Shown: positions 9,489-18,188 of the stretch, one piece after another
How the letters are laid out: each line of letters begins with the position of its first letter
Position numbering within the stretch: the stretch's first letter is position 1
Assembly: GCA_965227305.1 (NCBI GenBank)
Contig: OZ245740.1
Location: 9,449,524-9,513,523, forward strand
Direction of reading: 5' to 3'
Source: Limisphaerales bacterium
GTDB lineage: Bacteria; Verrucomicrobiota; Verrucomicrobiia; Limisphaerales; AAA164-E04
DNA: 64,000 nt
Notes under the pieces: model-generated
The model's database searches: none
What the model was told of the DNA's origin: nothing
What the model saw: only the letters and a program-made list of their open reading frames with translations
Program-made: the position numbers and the translations under genes

Positions 9489-11783
9489 ATGAAAGAATTA
9501 TCCTATCTTCGCAAGACGTTCGTGCGAGTCCCGTTGGCTTGGAGTGGGCTCCTGCTGGCAAGCTTCTTCGCATTCCCATTCTCGACGCAGAGCGAGGAAC
9601 CGGTTCAAGGCTATCTGCATATTTGGGGCTCGGCTTGGTTGAATAGTCTGCCCACGGGGAGAGGTGGGCCACTCCCGGAGGAACTCGGACCCGCGCTTGA
9701 CTACGCCAGCGGGCGCTATCATCAAACCGCGTTGTTAGCCGACGGCCGGGTCGTGACCTGGGGGATTGCGGGACCGGATGAGTTTCGGCCGGCGGATGGC
9801 GAACCGAAGTTTGTCTCGGTCGAGGCTTCCTGGAAAGCGGGCTATGCCGTTCGGGATGACGGGAGTGTGATCGACTGGCCCCTCCGCAATGAGCCGGACT
9901 ATCGAGCCCCGGAAGGCGGGGCGCCTATCCAACAGATCGCGTCGGGCTCGACCCATTTCCTCGCTCGCCGGGCCGATGGAACTATGACCGCTTGGGGCGG
10001 CTTCGATGATCCGGTTCTCACGCTTCCGGCGCTAGCGAATGTGAAACAGATCGCCCTTGGGCGGTCGCACGGGATCGCGCTGTTGGAGGACGGGACGCTT
10101 CGTGCGTGGGGGAGTTCCGAGTTTGGGCAGACCGCGATTCCGGAAGACTTGGGCGGCGTTGTGGCCGTTGCGGCCGGATTCGCGCACTCAGTAGTACTGA
10201 CAGCGGATGGTAGGCTTCATGTCTTTGGCAAACCGGATGCGATTGAAGGCATTCCGACCGACCAACCGGACTATGTGGATATCGCAGCGTTCGGTCATCA
10301 TACTATGGGGTTGACGCGGACGGGCCGGGTGGAGGTCTGGAACGCGCCGCCGGAGTTGACACCAACGATTCCTCCGGATGTGCGAGTGGCCGCCATTTTT
10401 GCCGGGGACTCCCATATTGCGGTACTGGCGGATAAGCCCTTTCCGATGATTAGCCAGCCCTTGGAACCGCTCACCGTCCACCCCGGGCATACCGCTACTC
10501 TGACCGTTGCCGCAACCTATCCCGAGGCGGTGAGCTATCAATGGTACCGGGACGGCGAGATCCTTCCCGGCGCGACCGGACGCCGCTTGGAGCTGGTCGA
10601 TGTCTCCACTACGGATGCGGGAACATACACGGTGGAGCTGCGTGATGCTCAGGGGAGCGTAAACGCAACGTCAACGACTCTAAGCGTTGTCTCTTCGGGG
10701 GAGTCGCCCTCGCAGGGCGAGCTCCGAGCCTGGGGCTATCTATTGCCGGACTCCGTGCGGGGCGAGGACGATATTGTGACCGTGGCGGCAGGACTCTATC
10801 ACGCTCTGTTGCTCCACGCTGATGGATCGGTGACGGGAATTGGCGATAACGAGCATGGGCAGATTGAGGTGCCGGCGGATCTCCCTCCCATCGTTGATAT
10901 CGCCGCCGGTTATCATCATTCCCTGGCGCTCACGGAAACCGGCCGGGTGGTTGCGTGGGGGGACAATGATGCCGGGAAAGCTACGCCACCCGATGGGCTG
11001 GCCAATGTCGTTTCGATTGCGGCTGGTTCCCGGCATTCCGTTGCCGCGCTGAAGGATGGTTCTGTGGTCGCGTGGGGGGATCGGCGAGCAGGGTTGATCG
11101 ATGTCCCCGCCTCGCTTAGGGATGTGGTTCAAGTGACGGCCGGGGATCTCCACACCCTGGCACTCCGGCGTGACGGAACGGTTGTGGCTTGGGGCCGAAA
11201 CTTGGCGGGACAAACCGACGTGCCTTCCGGGTTGGAGGATGTGATCGGTATTGCTGCCGGGGCGCGGGTCTCTTTGGCTCTCACGGCGAATGGCCGGATC
11301 GTTGCTTGGGGGGAGACGCCGATGACAGAATCGCTGCACGCCGAGAGCCTGAATGGGGTTACGGCCATTTCTGCGATCGAGGATCAGATTGCTTTTGTTC
11401 GGGCTGATGGGCAGGTAGGAGGTATTCCTGCGTTTCCGGATTTCTCGAATCGAGCCGATGCCTCTGTGCTGTCGCTGGCGGCTGGGGTCGGGCGGGTATA
11501 CTTCGTCGAAGGTGCCGTCTTCGAGTCCTCCCTGAGACTCTCTTTAGCGGGAGTGAGCGATACGGATCGTTCCACTCTCCGGCTCGTGATTACTGGGGCT
11601 GATGGCGTCCCGCTTTCCCCGGCGGACCATCCGAACCTGGTCATCGAATCGAGGTCTGTTTTTCACCCTGAAAGCGCTTGGCACAGGATTGTGCCGGCTC
11701 TGGAGCCGGGGACGGATTCTATTCGGATCGAAATCGGTCGTTCTCAAGAATTTTATCGAGCTCGTCTTGAGTTGGTTCGATAG
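9489..11783 (+). CDS. Exported RCC1-repeat (two beta-propeller blocks) protein with a central Ig-like domain
   Basis: RCC1-like blades recur (GRVVTWG, GTLRAWGSSEFGQTAIP, GRVVAWGDNDAGKATPP, GSVVAWGDRRAGLIDVP, GTVVAWGRNLAGQTDVP). The Ig I-set-like segment is YQWYRDGEILPGATGRRLELVDVSTTDAGTYTVEL. The start is taken at the ATG at 9489 (MKELSYLRKTF..., followed by a hydrophobic signal). The track start at 9315 reads through repeat copy b. Confidence 0.85.
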   Translation: MKELSYLRKTFVRVPLAWSGLLLASFFAFPFSTQSEEPVQGYLHIWGSAWLNSLPTGRGGPLPEELGPALDYASGRYHQTALLADGRVVTWGIAGPDEFRPADGEPKFVSVEASWKAGYAVRDDGSVIDWPLRNEPDYRAPEGGAPIQQIASGSTHFLARRADGTMTAWGGFDDPVLTLPALANVKQIALGRSHGIALLEDGTLRAWGSSEFGQTAIPEDLGGVVAVAAGFAHSVVLTADGRLHVFGKPDAIEGIPTDQPDYVDIAAFGHHTMGLTRTGRVEVWNAPPELTPTIPPDVRVAAIFAGDSHIAVLADKPFPMISQPLEPLTVHPGHTATLTVAATYPEAVSYQWYRDGEILPGATGRRLELVDVSTTDAGTYTVELRDAQGSVNATSTTLSVVSSGESPSQGELRAWGYLLPDSVRGEDDIVTVAAGLYHALLLHADGSVTGIGDNEHGQIEVPADLPPIVDIAAGYHHSLALTETGRVVAWGDNDAGKATPPDGLANVVSIAAGSRHSVAALKDGSVVAWGDRRAGLIDVPASLRDVVQVTAGDLHTLALRRDGTVVAWGRNLAGQTDVPSGLEDVIGIAAGARVSLALTANGRIVAWGETPMTESLHAESLNGVTAISAIEDQIAFVRADGQVGGIPAFPDFSNRADASVLSLAAGVGRVYFVEGAVFESSLRLSLAGVSDTDRSTLRLVITGADGVPLSPADHPNLVIESRSVFHPESAWHRIVPALEPGTDSIRIEIGRSQEFYRARLELVR

Positions 11784-11811
11784 GGCCGGGGCCTAGGGCC
11801 GTTTTTCCCCT

Positions 11812-11921
11812 GGTAGGGCGAGCGTACTCGCGAGCCGTTCCTACCCGGAGCGTCCATCTGAGCCGATGGCCTTTGCGGACCCTGCTTTTGCCCAACGGCT
11901 CGCGGGTACGCTCGCCCTACC
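11812..11921. repeat. Palindromic intergenic repeat, copy c
   Basis: Same orientation and length as copy b. By hand alignment I count 5 differences in 110 nt. The arms at 11812-11839 and 11894-11921 have one mismatch. Confidence 0.9.
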
Positions 11922-12041
11922 AGGGGAATTCGTTACTCCTGTCTCGGTTGTACTTTAATCGTTCGCTTCGCATGAAATGGGCTTGAAATGTAGGGGGCTT
12001 CAGGTCGATTCTTCGGAACGAAAGAACGAGAATTCAAGACG

Positions 12042-12890
12042 ATGGTAAGGCAAACTATTATTCCGGTGCTAGGGGCTTTGGGGCTTGTTGCGATGGGTAA
12101 CCTCGATGCTGAAGAGATTACGTTTCGCTTTACCGGGAGTGTAAATCAGGTGGATGTGCCGCTCGGGAATACGGTTCAGATCGGCGACGCTTGCACGGTC
12201 GACGTCATTTTTGATCCCGACGCAGGCCCGGTGTTTGCCGGGCTTTCGCGGTATCCCGTCGTGCGTTCTTCCTTCACGATTCACGCCGCCAGCGGTGACT
12301 TAACGGCAAGTGTGGAGGCAGGGCCGCAGGAATGGATTATTATCAATGATCGCATGGGGGCTTTCCAAAGCGATCAATGGTTGTGGAGCGCGCCCTTGGG
12401 GGATGGGTTTGGTGGCAAACTAGCGAGTGCCCAATTCTTCTCAATCGGTGAGCACGAAATCCGCGACTACAACATTCACCTTACGGATAACAACGCCTCC
12501 GCCTTTTCCAACGATGCCTTACCGTTGACGCTGGATCTCAGCGCGTTTTCTTTGCGTCAGGGCTTTTCTCAGTTTGGCCAAGCTGGCCACGATGTTCGGT
12601 TCAACGTCGAAGCGCTAGAGGTTCTCGGGGGCGGAGCGGCGCCTCCGGATGGGGGTGGGGATGTGGCTCGGCCGCAGATTCAATCCTATGCTCTCCTGGA
12701 GGATGGGCGCTTTGAGATCCAATGGGACAGCGAAGCGGGCGCGACGTATGAGGCGCGTTGGTCGCTTGATTTGGAGACCTGGACGGTTGCGGGTGAGGCT
12801 ACTGCGGATGGCGAGCTCACCGCTTATACATTTCCCGCTCCGGACTCGGCTGCGGCCGCGCTGTTTTTTGACGTGCGGGTCCGCGAATAG
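12042..12890 (+). CDS. Hypothetical exported protein with a C-terminal beta-sandwich-like tail
   Basis: 282-aa ORF with an ATG start and signal-like N-terminus MVRQTIIPVLGALGLVAMGNLDA. I recognise no family. The tail is FEIQWDSEAGATYEARWSLDLETWTVAG...LFFDVRVRE. Confidence 0.6.
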   Translation: MVRQTIIPVLGALGLVAMGNLDAEEITFRFTGSVNQVDVPLGNTVQIGDACTVDVIFDPDAGPVFAGLSRYPVVRSSFTIHAASGDLTASVEAGPQEWIIINDRMGAFQSDQWLWSAPLGDGFGGKLASAQFFSIGEHEIRDYNIHLTDNNASAFSNDALPLTLDLSAFSLRQGFSQFGQAGHDVRFNVEALEVLGGGAAPPDGGGDVARPQIQSYALLEDGRFEIQWDSEAGATYEARWSLDLETWTVAGEATADGELTAYTFPAPDSAAAALFFDVRVRE

Positions 12891-12897
12891 CGCAGGA

Positions 12898-14790
12898 CTA
12901 AAGGTTGGGCTTCTTCCGGGATTCCCGTCGGGAGTTTGCTTCGATCGTCGAGCGAGGACGCGGAATGGCGGCTTCGCCGAGGTCGTGATAGCGATGGCTA
13001 GAGAGGGCTTTCAATCGTTCCTCAGTCACGGATTGGCCGTCGGCGGGCGTGCTCATGACTCGTGGAGTGATGAGTAGCACGAGCTCGGTTTTCGTGTTCT
13101 CTCGAACATCCCGCCGGAAGATCGAACCCAACACGGGAAGATCGCCGAGTAATGGGACTTTTTGCCGGTTTTCACTTTGTCGCTGCCGAATCAAACCACC
13201 GATCGCGATGGTGAGGTTGTTCGTGGCGATGATGGTGCCTTGGATCCGAGCCGTGTTCACGGTATCGACATTGAAGCCTTGAACGTTTCCGGCACCCGCT
13301 GCGACCGGAATGATGGCGGCTCCGGTGGCCACGGAGGAGGAATCTTGAGTGATGGTCAGGGTGACCGTTTTGTCTTCATTGATTCGCGGCAGGATTTCGA
13401 CCGTGTTGCCGATATCCCGTACCTCGGTTTGCGGCTCGACAGTCGCTGTGGTGGCTCCGTTGCCGGGGGTGACGAGGCTCGTATTTACTCCGGTGGTGAG
13501 GACGCGTTCTTCCCCGATGAAGATCCGGGCCGTTTGGTTGTTGGCTGCCAGGATCATCGGGGTGGCGAGTTCTTGGATGCGGTTCTCCCCAGCCATGAGT
13601 TGGATGCGGGCACGGACGCGGTCGTTGAGGAATTGATACACGAAGCGGTTGTCTTCGAGTGGGAAGCGGCCTAGAGCGGTGACGTTTCGGGCGACCTGAG
13701 CGCTGCCGGGACTTAACGGGTTGAGAATCTGGGTGCTAGGTGTGCCCAGGGTGTCCGGGCCGTTGACGAGCTCGTAGTCGAACGCGGATCGGAACGTGTC
13801 TCCGAGGTTGAGTTCGAGGATCTTCATTTCCAACAACACTTGGGGAATGGGGCGGTCGACTTCCAGGATCAAGGTTTCGATATCGAGCATGGCTTCGGGA
13901 TCACTCGTCCGGGCGATCAGCAAATTGTGCTGTCGGTTGACGGTGATGTAGATATCGGGTTCCCGACCGGTGACCTGTTGGAGGGACGCGCTGTCGACCG
14001 TGGCGTTGGCGTTGCTGTCCTGAGTGAGGGTTTCCAGGTGAGCGATTTGATTGGAGGTCAACGTGGGCGTGCGTGGCCCGCCGATCGGTGCGGAGGAGAG
14101 TCCCCCGCTGTTGGCGGTTCCGATGGCACGCGACAGACCCCCGCCAGCCCCGCCTCCGAATAGGGCACCGCGATTGGGCTGGCCCGATCCGGTTGCGGTA
14201 TTCCCATTGCCGGCCGTGGGTGTGTTCGTGCCGGTATTCCCTGCAGTGGCTCCGGCGCCACCGGTTGCGGCAGTGGTGCCCCCTTGGTCAAAGCCCAAGG
14301 AGAGGACGACGCGCTGCCCATAGAGATCGGCAATGGCCGTGGCGGCGCTCAGGACATTCTCATGCTGGAGAGTAAAGACTCGGGTGCGTTCTTCTTTGTA
14401 CACCACGATATCCCGCTCGTATTCCTCGGTGGTCATGATCCGGTAAATATCGGCATCCGGATCTTTGCGATACCAGAGTCCGGAGATGCGGCACATGACT
14501 TCGATGGCTTTCGCCGTCGTGATGTTTTGAAGATAGAGCGAGACGGTTCGTTGTCCTGCAGACTCCGTTGCCACGATGTTGGCACCGGAGAGTTCGGCGA
14601 GGAGTTGGGCCGCATCGACGATGGTGCTCTGCTTGAGCTGGAACTTGTCGAGGGCGTGCTGGCTTCCGCGATAGGCGATCGGGGTAGTCGTGGGGGCACT
14701 GGGTTGAGCTAGGAGCGGGGATGAATGGAGACCCCAGGCAAGACCCGAGAGGATTGCGAATGTGCCGAGGCGGGGCTGACGACGTTTCAT
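12898..14790 (-). CDS. Secretin (GspD/PilQ family outer-membrane channel)
   Basis: C-terminal secretin signature NRQKVPLLGDLPVLGSIFRRDVRENTKTELVLLITPRVM. N-domain-like repeats are present. It has a signal peptide. It is the last gene of the operon. Confidence 0.9.
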   Translation of the reverse strand: MKRRQPRLGTFAILSGLAWGLHSSPLLAQPSAPTTTPIAYRGSQHALDKFQLKQSTIVDAAQLLAELSGANIVATESAGQRTVSLYLQNITTAKAIEVMCRISGLWYRKDPDADIYRIMTTEEYERDIVVYKEERTRVFTLQHENVLSAATAIADLYGQRVVLSLGFDQGGTTAATGGAGATAGNTGTNTPTAGNGNTATGSGQPNRGALFGGGAGGGLSRAIGTANSGGLSSAPIGGPRTPTLTSNQIAHLETLTQDSNANATVDSASLQQVTGREPDIYITVNRQHNLLIARTSDPEAMLDIETLILEVDRPIPQVLLEMKILELNLGDTFRSAFDYELVNGPDTLGTPSTQILNPLSPGSAQVARNVTALGRFPLEDNRFVYQFLNDRVRARIQLMAGENRIQELATPMILAANNQTARIFIGEERVLTTGVNTSLVTPGNGATTATVEPQTEVRDIGNTVEILPRINEDKTVTLTITQDSSSVATGAAIIPVAAGAGNVQGFNVDTVNTARIQGTIIATNNLTIAIGGLIRQRQSENRQKVPLLGDLPVLGSIFRRDVRENTKTELVLLITPRVMSTPADGQSVTEERLKALSSHRYHDLGEAAIPRPRSTIEANSRRESRKKPNL

Positions 14791-14793
14791 GAT

Positions 14794-15270
14794 TTACCTC
14801 ACGATGATATAGCTTTCGTGTTCTCCGAATTCCACTTCCACGCTCTGCCTGTGGATCGCCATGATCTTGACGCTGGAGTTGTGGCCGTGGGTTTTGAGCG
14901 AGAGTGAATCGCCGACTTGTACGACGTGCACCGCTCCCTTGTCGACTTCCAGCAGGGCGAAGGAATTGCCCTCCTTGTCAATCACCGCACCGCGGAGGCG
15001 TAGGTTCATCGAGCCCGTGATGGCCGAGATGGTATTGGAGAGGGGATTGTTTTCGGAAACCTTGCGAATCATGGCGACGGTGTTCGCGAAGGGATCGTTG
15101 GTTTTCTTGATCCTAACGGGACCGGCATCGGTGATTTCTGTTTCGGGCGTGCTCACGGGCTCCGGGGCGTTGCTGGATTCCGAAACGGCCGTGGAATGGA
15201 AACCCGCCGGTAGGGTGATGAGCGCGAGACAAAGGGCGATTCGTTGAGTCAGGGAGTTTTTGAGTTTCAT
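14794..15270 (-). CDS. Small exported protein, PilP / GspC-HR-domain-like (putative secretin-interacting component)
   Basis: 158 aa. Signal peptide MKLKNSLTQRIALCLALITLPAGF. C-terminal beta-rich segment GAVIDKEGNSFALLEVDKGAVHVVQVGDSLS...VKIMAIHRQSVEVEF. It sits 3 nt upstream of the secretin gene. The family assignment rests on position and pattern only. Confidence 0.5.
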   Translation of the reverse strand: MKLKNSLTQRIALCLALITLPAGFHSTAVSESSNAPEPVSTPETEITDAGPVRIKKTNDPFANTVAMIRKVSENNPLSNTISAITGSMNLRLRGAVIDKEGNSFALLEVDKGAVHVVQVGDSLSLKTHGHNSSVKIMAIHRQSVEVEFGEHESYIIVR

Positions 15271-15290
15271 GGTTTTACTTGGGTGTTGGT

Positions 15291-16547
15291 TTAGCCTGAG
15301 GCGGCAATTTGGAAGACGGCTTTGAAGAAAGCGAAGTAGACAAAGCCGACCATGCCGCCGATGAAAAAGAGAATGGCGGGCTCAATGAGCACGGTCATTC
15401 TCTGGATTCGTGTTTGGAGTTCGCTTTCGTAAAAATTGCCCATTTGTTGGAGCGCGAGCGAGAGTTCGCCGGTCTGTTCTCCAACGGCGATCATTTGTTT
15501 CACCAATGGGGGGAAATCCTCCTGATTGAGGCTGTCGGAAAGGGAGCGGCCTTTCAGAATGTCGGACACGGACAGGGATAGGCCGTTGCGGTAGGCGGGG
15601 TTCCCGGTGGTGGCCGCCGTGACCTGCAGCGATTCGGTGACGGTGAGTCCACTCCCGAGAAGGAGGGAAAGCGTCTTGCCCATTTGGGCCATGGAGGACA
15701 CCTCAAGCACTTTGCCCACCACAGGAACTTGAGTGGCTCTGCGACTAAGAAAGAGGCGTCCGGCGGTGTTGCGCCAGACAAAACCGATCCCGATGAACCC
15801 GATGATGCCGAGGAGTAGAAGCCAGGGTCCGTATTGTTGGAGGAGGCCGGAGGTTTGCAACAACAGCTCCGTGGATGCCGGAAGTTCGATTTTCCGTTTG
15901 GCAAAGTATTCGGCAAATTTGGGAATCACCGTCCAGGTGAGGAACAGGACTACGGCAACGGCGGCAAAGATCACGATGGACGGATAGGTGAGGCTGGTGA
16001 GGAGCTTGGACTTGAGGCTGACCTTCATCTCCAGGTGCCGGGCGACGCGTTCCAGGACGTGGTCAAGCTCGCCGCTGGCTTCGCCCGTTTCAATGAGTCG
16101 AATTGCGGTATAAGGAAAAACGTTCCGCAGCTTGTTGAGACACTGAGAAAAGCGGGCTCCGCCCTGAATCCCTTCGATGACTTCCCCGATGTTTTTTTGG
16201 AGTCGGTGGTTCTTGCCTTGAAAGCGGCAGACTTCGAGGGACTGTAGGAGCGGGAGACCGGAGCGGAGCATCACGGCGAGTTGGCGGAAAAAGAAGATTT
16301 GCTCGTGCGCCGAGATGGGTTGGTACTTTTCGAGGAATCGCGCGATATACCCCTTCCGCGCTAGAGGCGTTCCGTTTGTGCCGCCCACGGAGAGCCCGGG
16401 TTGTGCGGTAGCGTTGGGGGCAATTTCCAAGACGTAGAGTGAATCCGACCGTAGTTTGGCGACGGCGTTGTGGATGGTAGGCGCATCGATACAACCGTCG
16501 AGGGTTTTGCCGGACTGATTGAGGGCTTGGTAGCGGAATTGAGCCAT
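15291..16547 (-). CDS. Type II secretion / type IV pilus platform protein (GspF/PilC family)
   Basis: 418 aa with a duplicated T2SSF-like architecture, three TM segments, and typical blocks FFRQLAVMLRSGLPLLQSLEV and LIETGEASGELDHVLERVA / VGEQTGELSLALQQMGNFY. Confidence 0.9.
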   Translation of the reverse strand: MAQFRYQALNQSGKTLDGCIDAPTIHNAVAKLRSDSLYVLEIAPNATAQPGLSVGGTNGTPLARKGYIARFLEKYQPISAHEQIFFFRQLAVMLRSGLPLLQSLEVCRFQGKNHRLQKNIGEVIEGIQGGARFSQCLNKLRNVFPYTAIRLIETGEASGELDHVLERVARHLEMKVSLKSKLLTSLTYPSIVIFAAVAVVLFLTWTVIPKFAEYFAKRKIELPASTELLLQTSGLLQQYGPWLLLLGIIGFIGIGFVWRNTAGRLFLSRRATQVPVVGKVLEVSSMAQMGKTLSLLLGSGLTVTESLQVTAATTGNPAYRNGLSLSVSDILKGRSLSDSLNQEDFPPLVKQMIAVGEQTGELSLALQQMGNFYESELQTRIQRMTVLIEPAILFFIGGMVGFVYFAFFKAVFQIAASG

Positions 16548-16559
16548 GGCACTGAGGGG

Positions 16560-18188
16560 TTATGAGGCGGCAACGCCTTTGATTTCTTCGATCGTGGTGA
16601 GCCCTTCGATGACCTTCTGACAACCATCCCGTTTGAGTTCGGTCATTCGGGAGGCGATGGCTCTTTCCCAACTCTCACGGCTCTGTTGGTCGGCGATCAG
16701 ACGCTGCAGTTCCTTGTCAATCCGGAGCACTTCAAAGACACCGACCCGACCTTGAAAACCGGTGCCCACGCATCGCGAGCAGCCTTGGGCGCTGGGGCCG
16801 AAGAGGCTGGCCTTGGGTGTGTCTAGGCCGAGGTAGTGCCGTTCGGCGTCCGTGGCGGGGCGCTCCACCTTGCACTCCGGACAGAGCCGTCGGACGAGTC
16901 GTTGCGCCACGACACAGGCTAGGGTTGAGGCGATGAGGTAAGACTGACAGCCGATGTCCATGAGGCGACTGACGGCTGACGGGGCGTCGTTGGTGTGGAG
17001 AGTTGAGAAAATCAGATGGCCGGTCATGGCGGCGCGTAGCGCGACTTCGGCGGTTTCTTGGTCCCGAATCTCACCCACCATCAGAACGTCCGGATCGTGT
17101 CGCAGCATCGATCGAAGCCCTTTGGCGAAAGTCATTTTTTCGCTCCGCGATACCGAGACCTGCGAGATGCCATCGATGTGAGATTCAATCGGGTCTTCAA
17201 GGGTCATGATGTTGACGTCAGGACGGCAAAGCGAGCGCAGGGCAGCGTAAAGGGTGGTGGATTTGCCACTTCCCGTAGGGCCTGTGATGAGGATCATTCC
17301 GTGGGGAAGGTCCAGGGCTTCCTGAAAGGTGGCGAGTGAGTCCGCCGGCATGCCGGTTTCTTTCAGCGAGAAGGCCTTGTTCTCGGTGGCCAAGACTCGA
17401 ATGGTGACTCGTTCGCCCCAGCGGGTGGCCAGGGTGGCGATGCGCAGGTCTACGGCGGTATCGGGCAAGCCGGGGATTTCGTAGCTGAAGCCGCCGTCTT
17501 GAGCCGAGCGTTGTTCGGCGATGTCCAGTCCAGCGAGAACCTTGATGCGAGAAACCAACCCTTGGGCTTGATCCGTGTCGATGTGGCAACGCAAGGGTTC
17601 GAGTCGGCCATCGACGCGGATGCGGGCGACGAGCCCGTTCTTCTGCGGGTCGAGGTGAATGTCCGAGGCGCGTCGCAAGTAAGCTTCTTTCATGATGCGA
17701 TCGAAGGCTTCGACCGGGGTAGGCGTCTCGAGGGGAACTTCTCGCGGATACAGTTCGGTTAGAATCTGGGAGGCGGCGGCTCGTAGGGCTTGAGGTTCCG
17801 CCAGGGCCAAGTCGGTTTCGAAACCGGTGCGGCGTTCGATCTCGGCGACCAAGAGGTGGTCGTCCGGACAACCCGAGGCGACCAAGAGCCTATTGCCTTC
17901 CCGTGAGACAGGAATCGCCGCGCCGCGTCGCATGACACTGACCGGGAATTCCCGCGCCAAGTCCGTGCTGGGTTGGACGCGGTGGTAGTCGATGAACGGT
18001 ATGCCTCGAACTTCCGCGGCCGCGCAGTAGACGGCTGAAGCTGGAAAACGACCCCGGGCGGTGATGAGATCGATCAGCTCGACCCGCGTTCGACGAGCCT
18101 GGCGTTTGAGTTCCTCGACTTCTTGGCCACTGAGCAGCGCTCGGTCGACGACCGCACTCGATAGTTGTTCCGGTGTCAGAGCTCTCAT
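16560..18188 (-). CDS. Assembly ATPase of the GspE/PilB family
   Basis: N-terminal T2SSE_N/MshEN-like domain. Walker A ILITGPTGSGKSTTLYAAL. Asp box LEDPIE. Walker B MVGEIRD. Tetracysteine CPECK...CSRCVGTGFQGRVGVFEV. Confidence 0.92.
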   Translation of the reverse strand: MRALTPEQLSSAVVDRALLSGQEVEELKRQARRTRVELIDLITARGRFPASAVYCAAAEVRGIPFIDYHRVQPSTDLAREFPVSVMRRGAAIPVSREGNRLLVASGCPDDHLLVAEIERRTGFETDLALAEPQALRAAASQILTELYPREVPLETPTPVEAFDRIMKEAYLRRASDIHLDPQKNGLVARIRVDGRLEPLRCHIDTDQAQGLVSRIKVLAGLDIAEQRSAQDGGFSYEIPGLPDTAVDLRIATLATRWGERVTIRVLATENKAFSLKETGMPADSLATFQEALDLPHGMILITGPTGSGKSTTLYAALRSLCRPDVNIMTLEDPIESHIDGISQVSVSRSEKMTFAKGLRSMLRHDPDVLMVGEIRDQETAEVALRAAMTGHLIFSTLHTNDAPSAVSRLMDIGCQSYLIASTLACVVAQRLVRRLCPECKVERPATDAERHYLGLDTPKASLFGPSAQGCSRCVGTGFQGRVGVFEVLRIDKELQRLIADQQSRESWERAIASRMTELKRDGCQKVIEGLTTIEEIKGVAAS

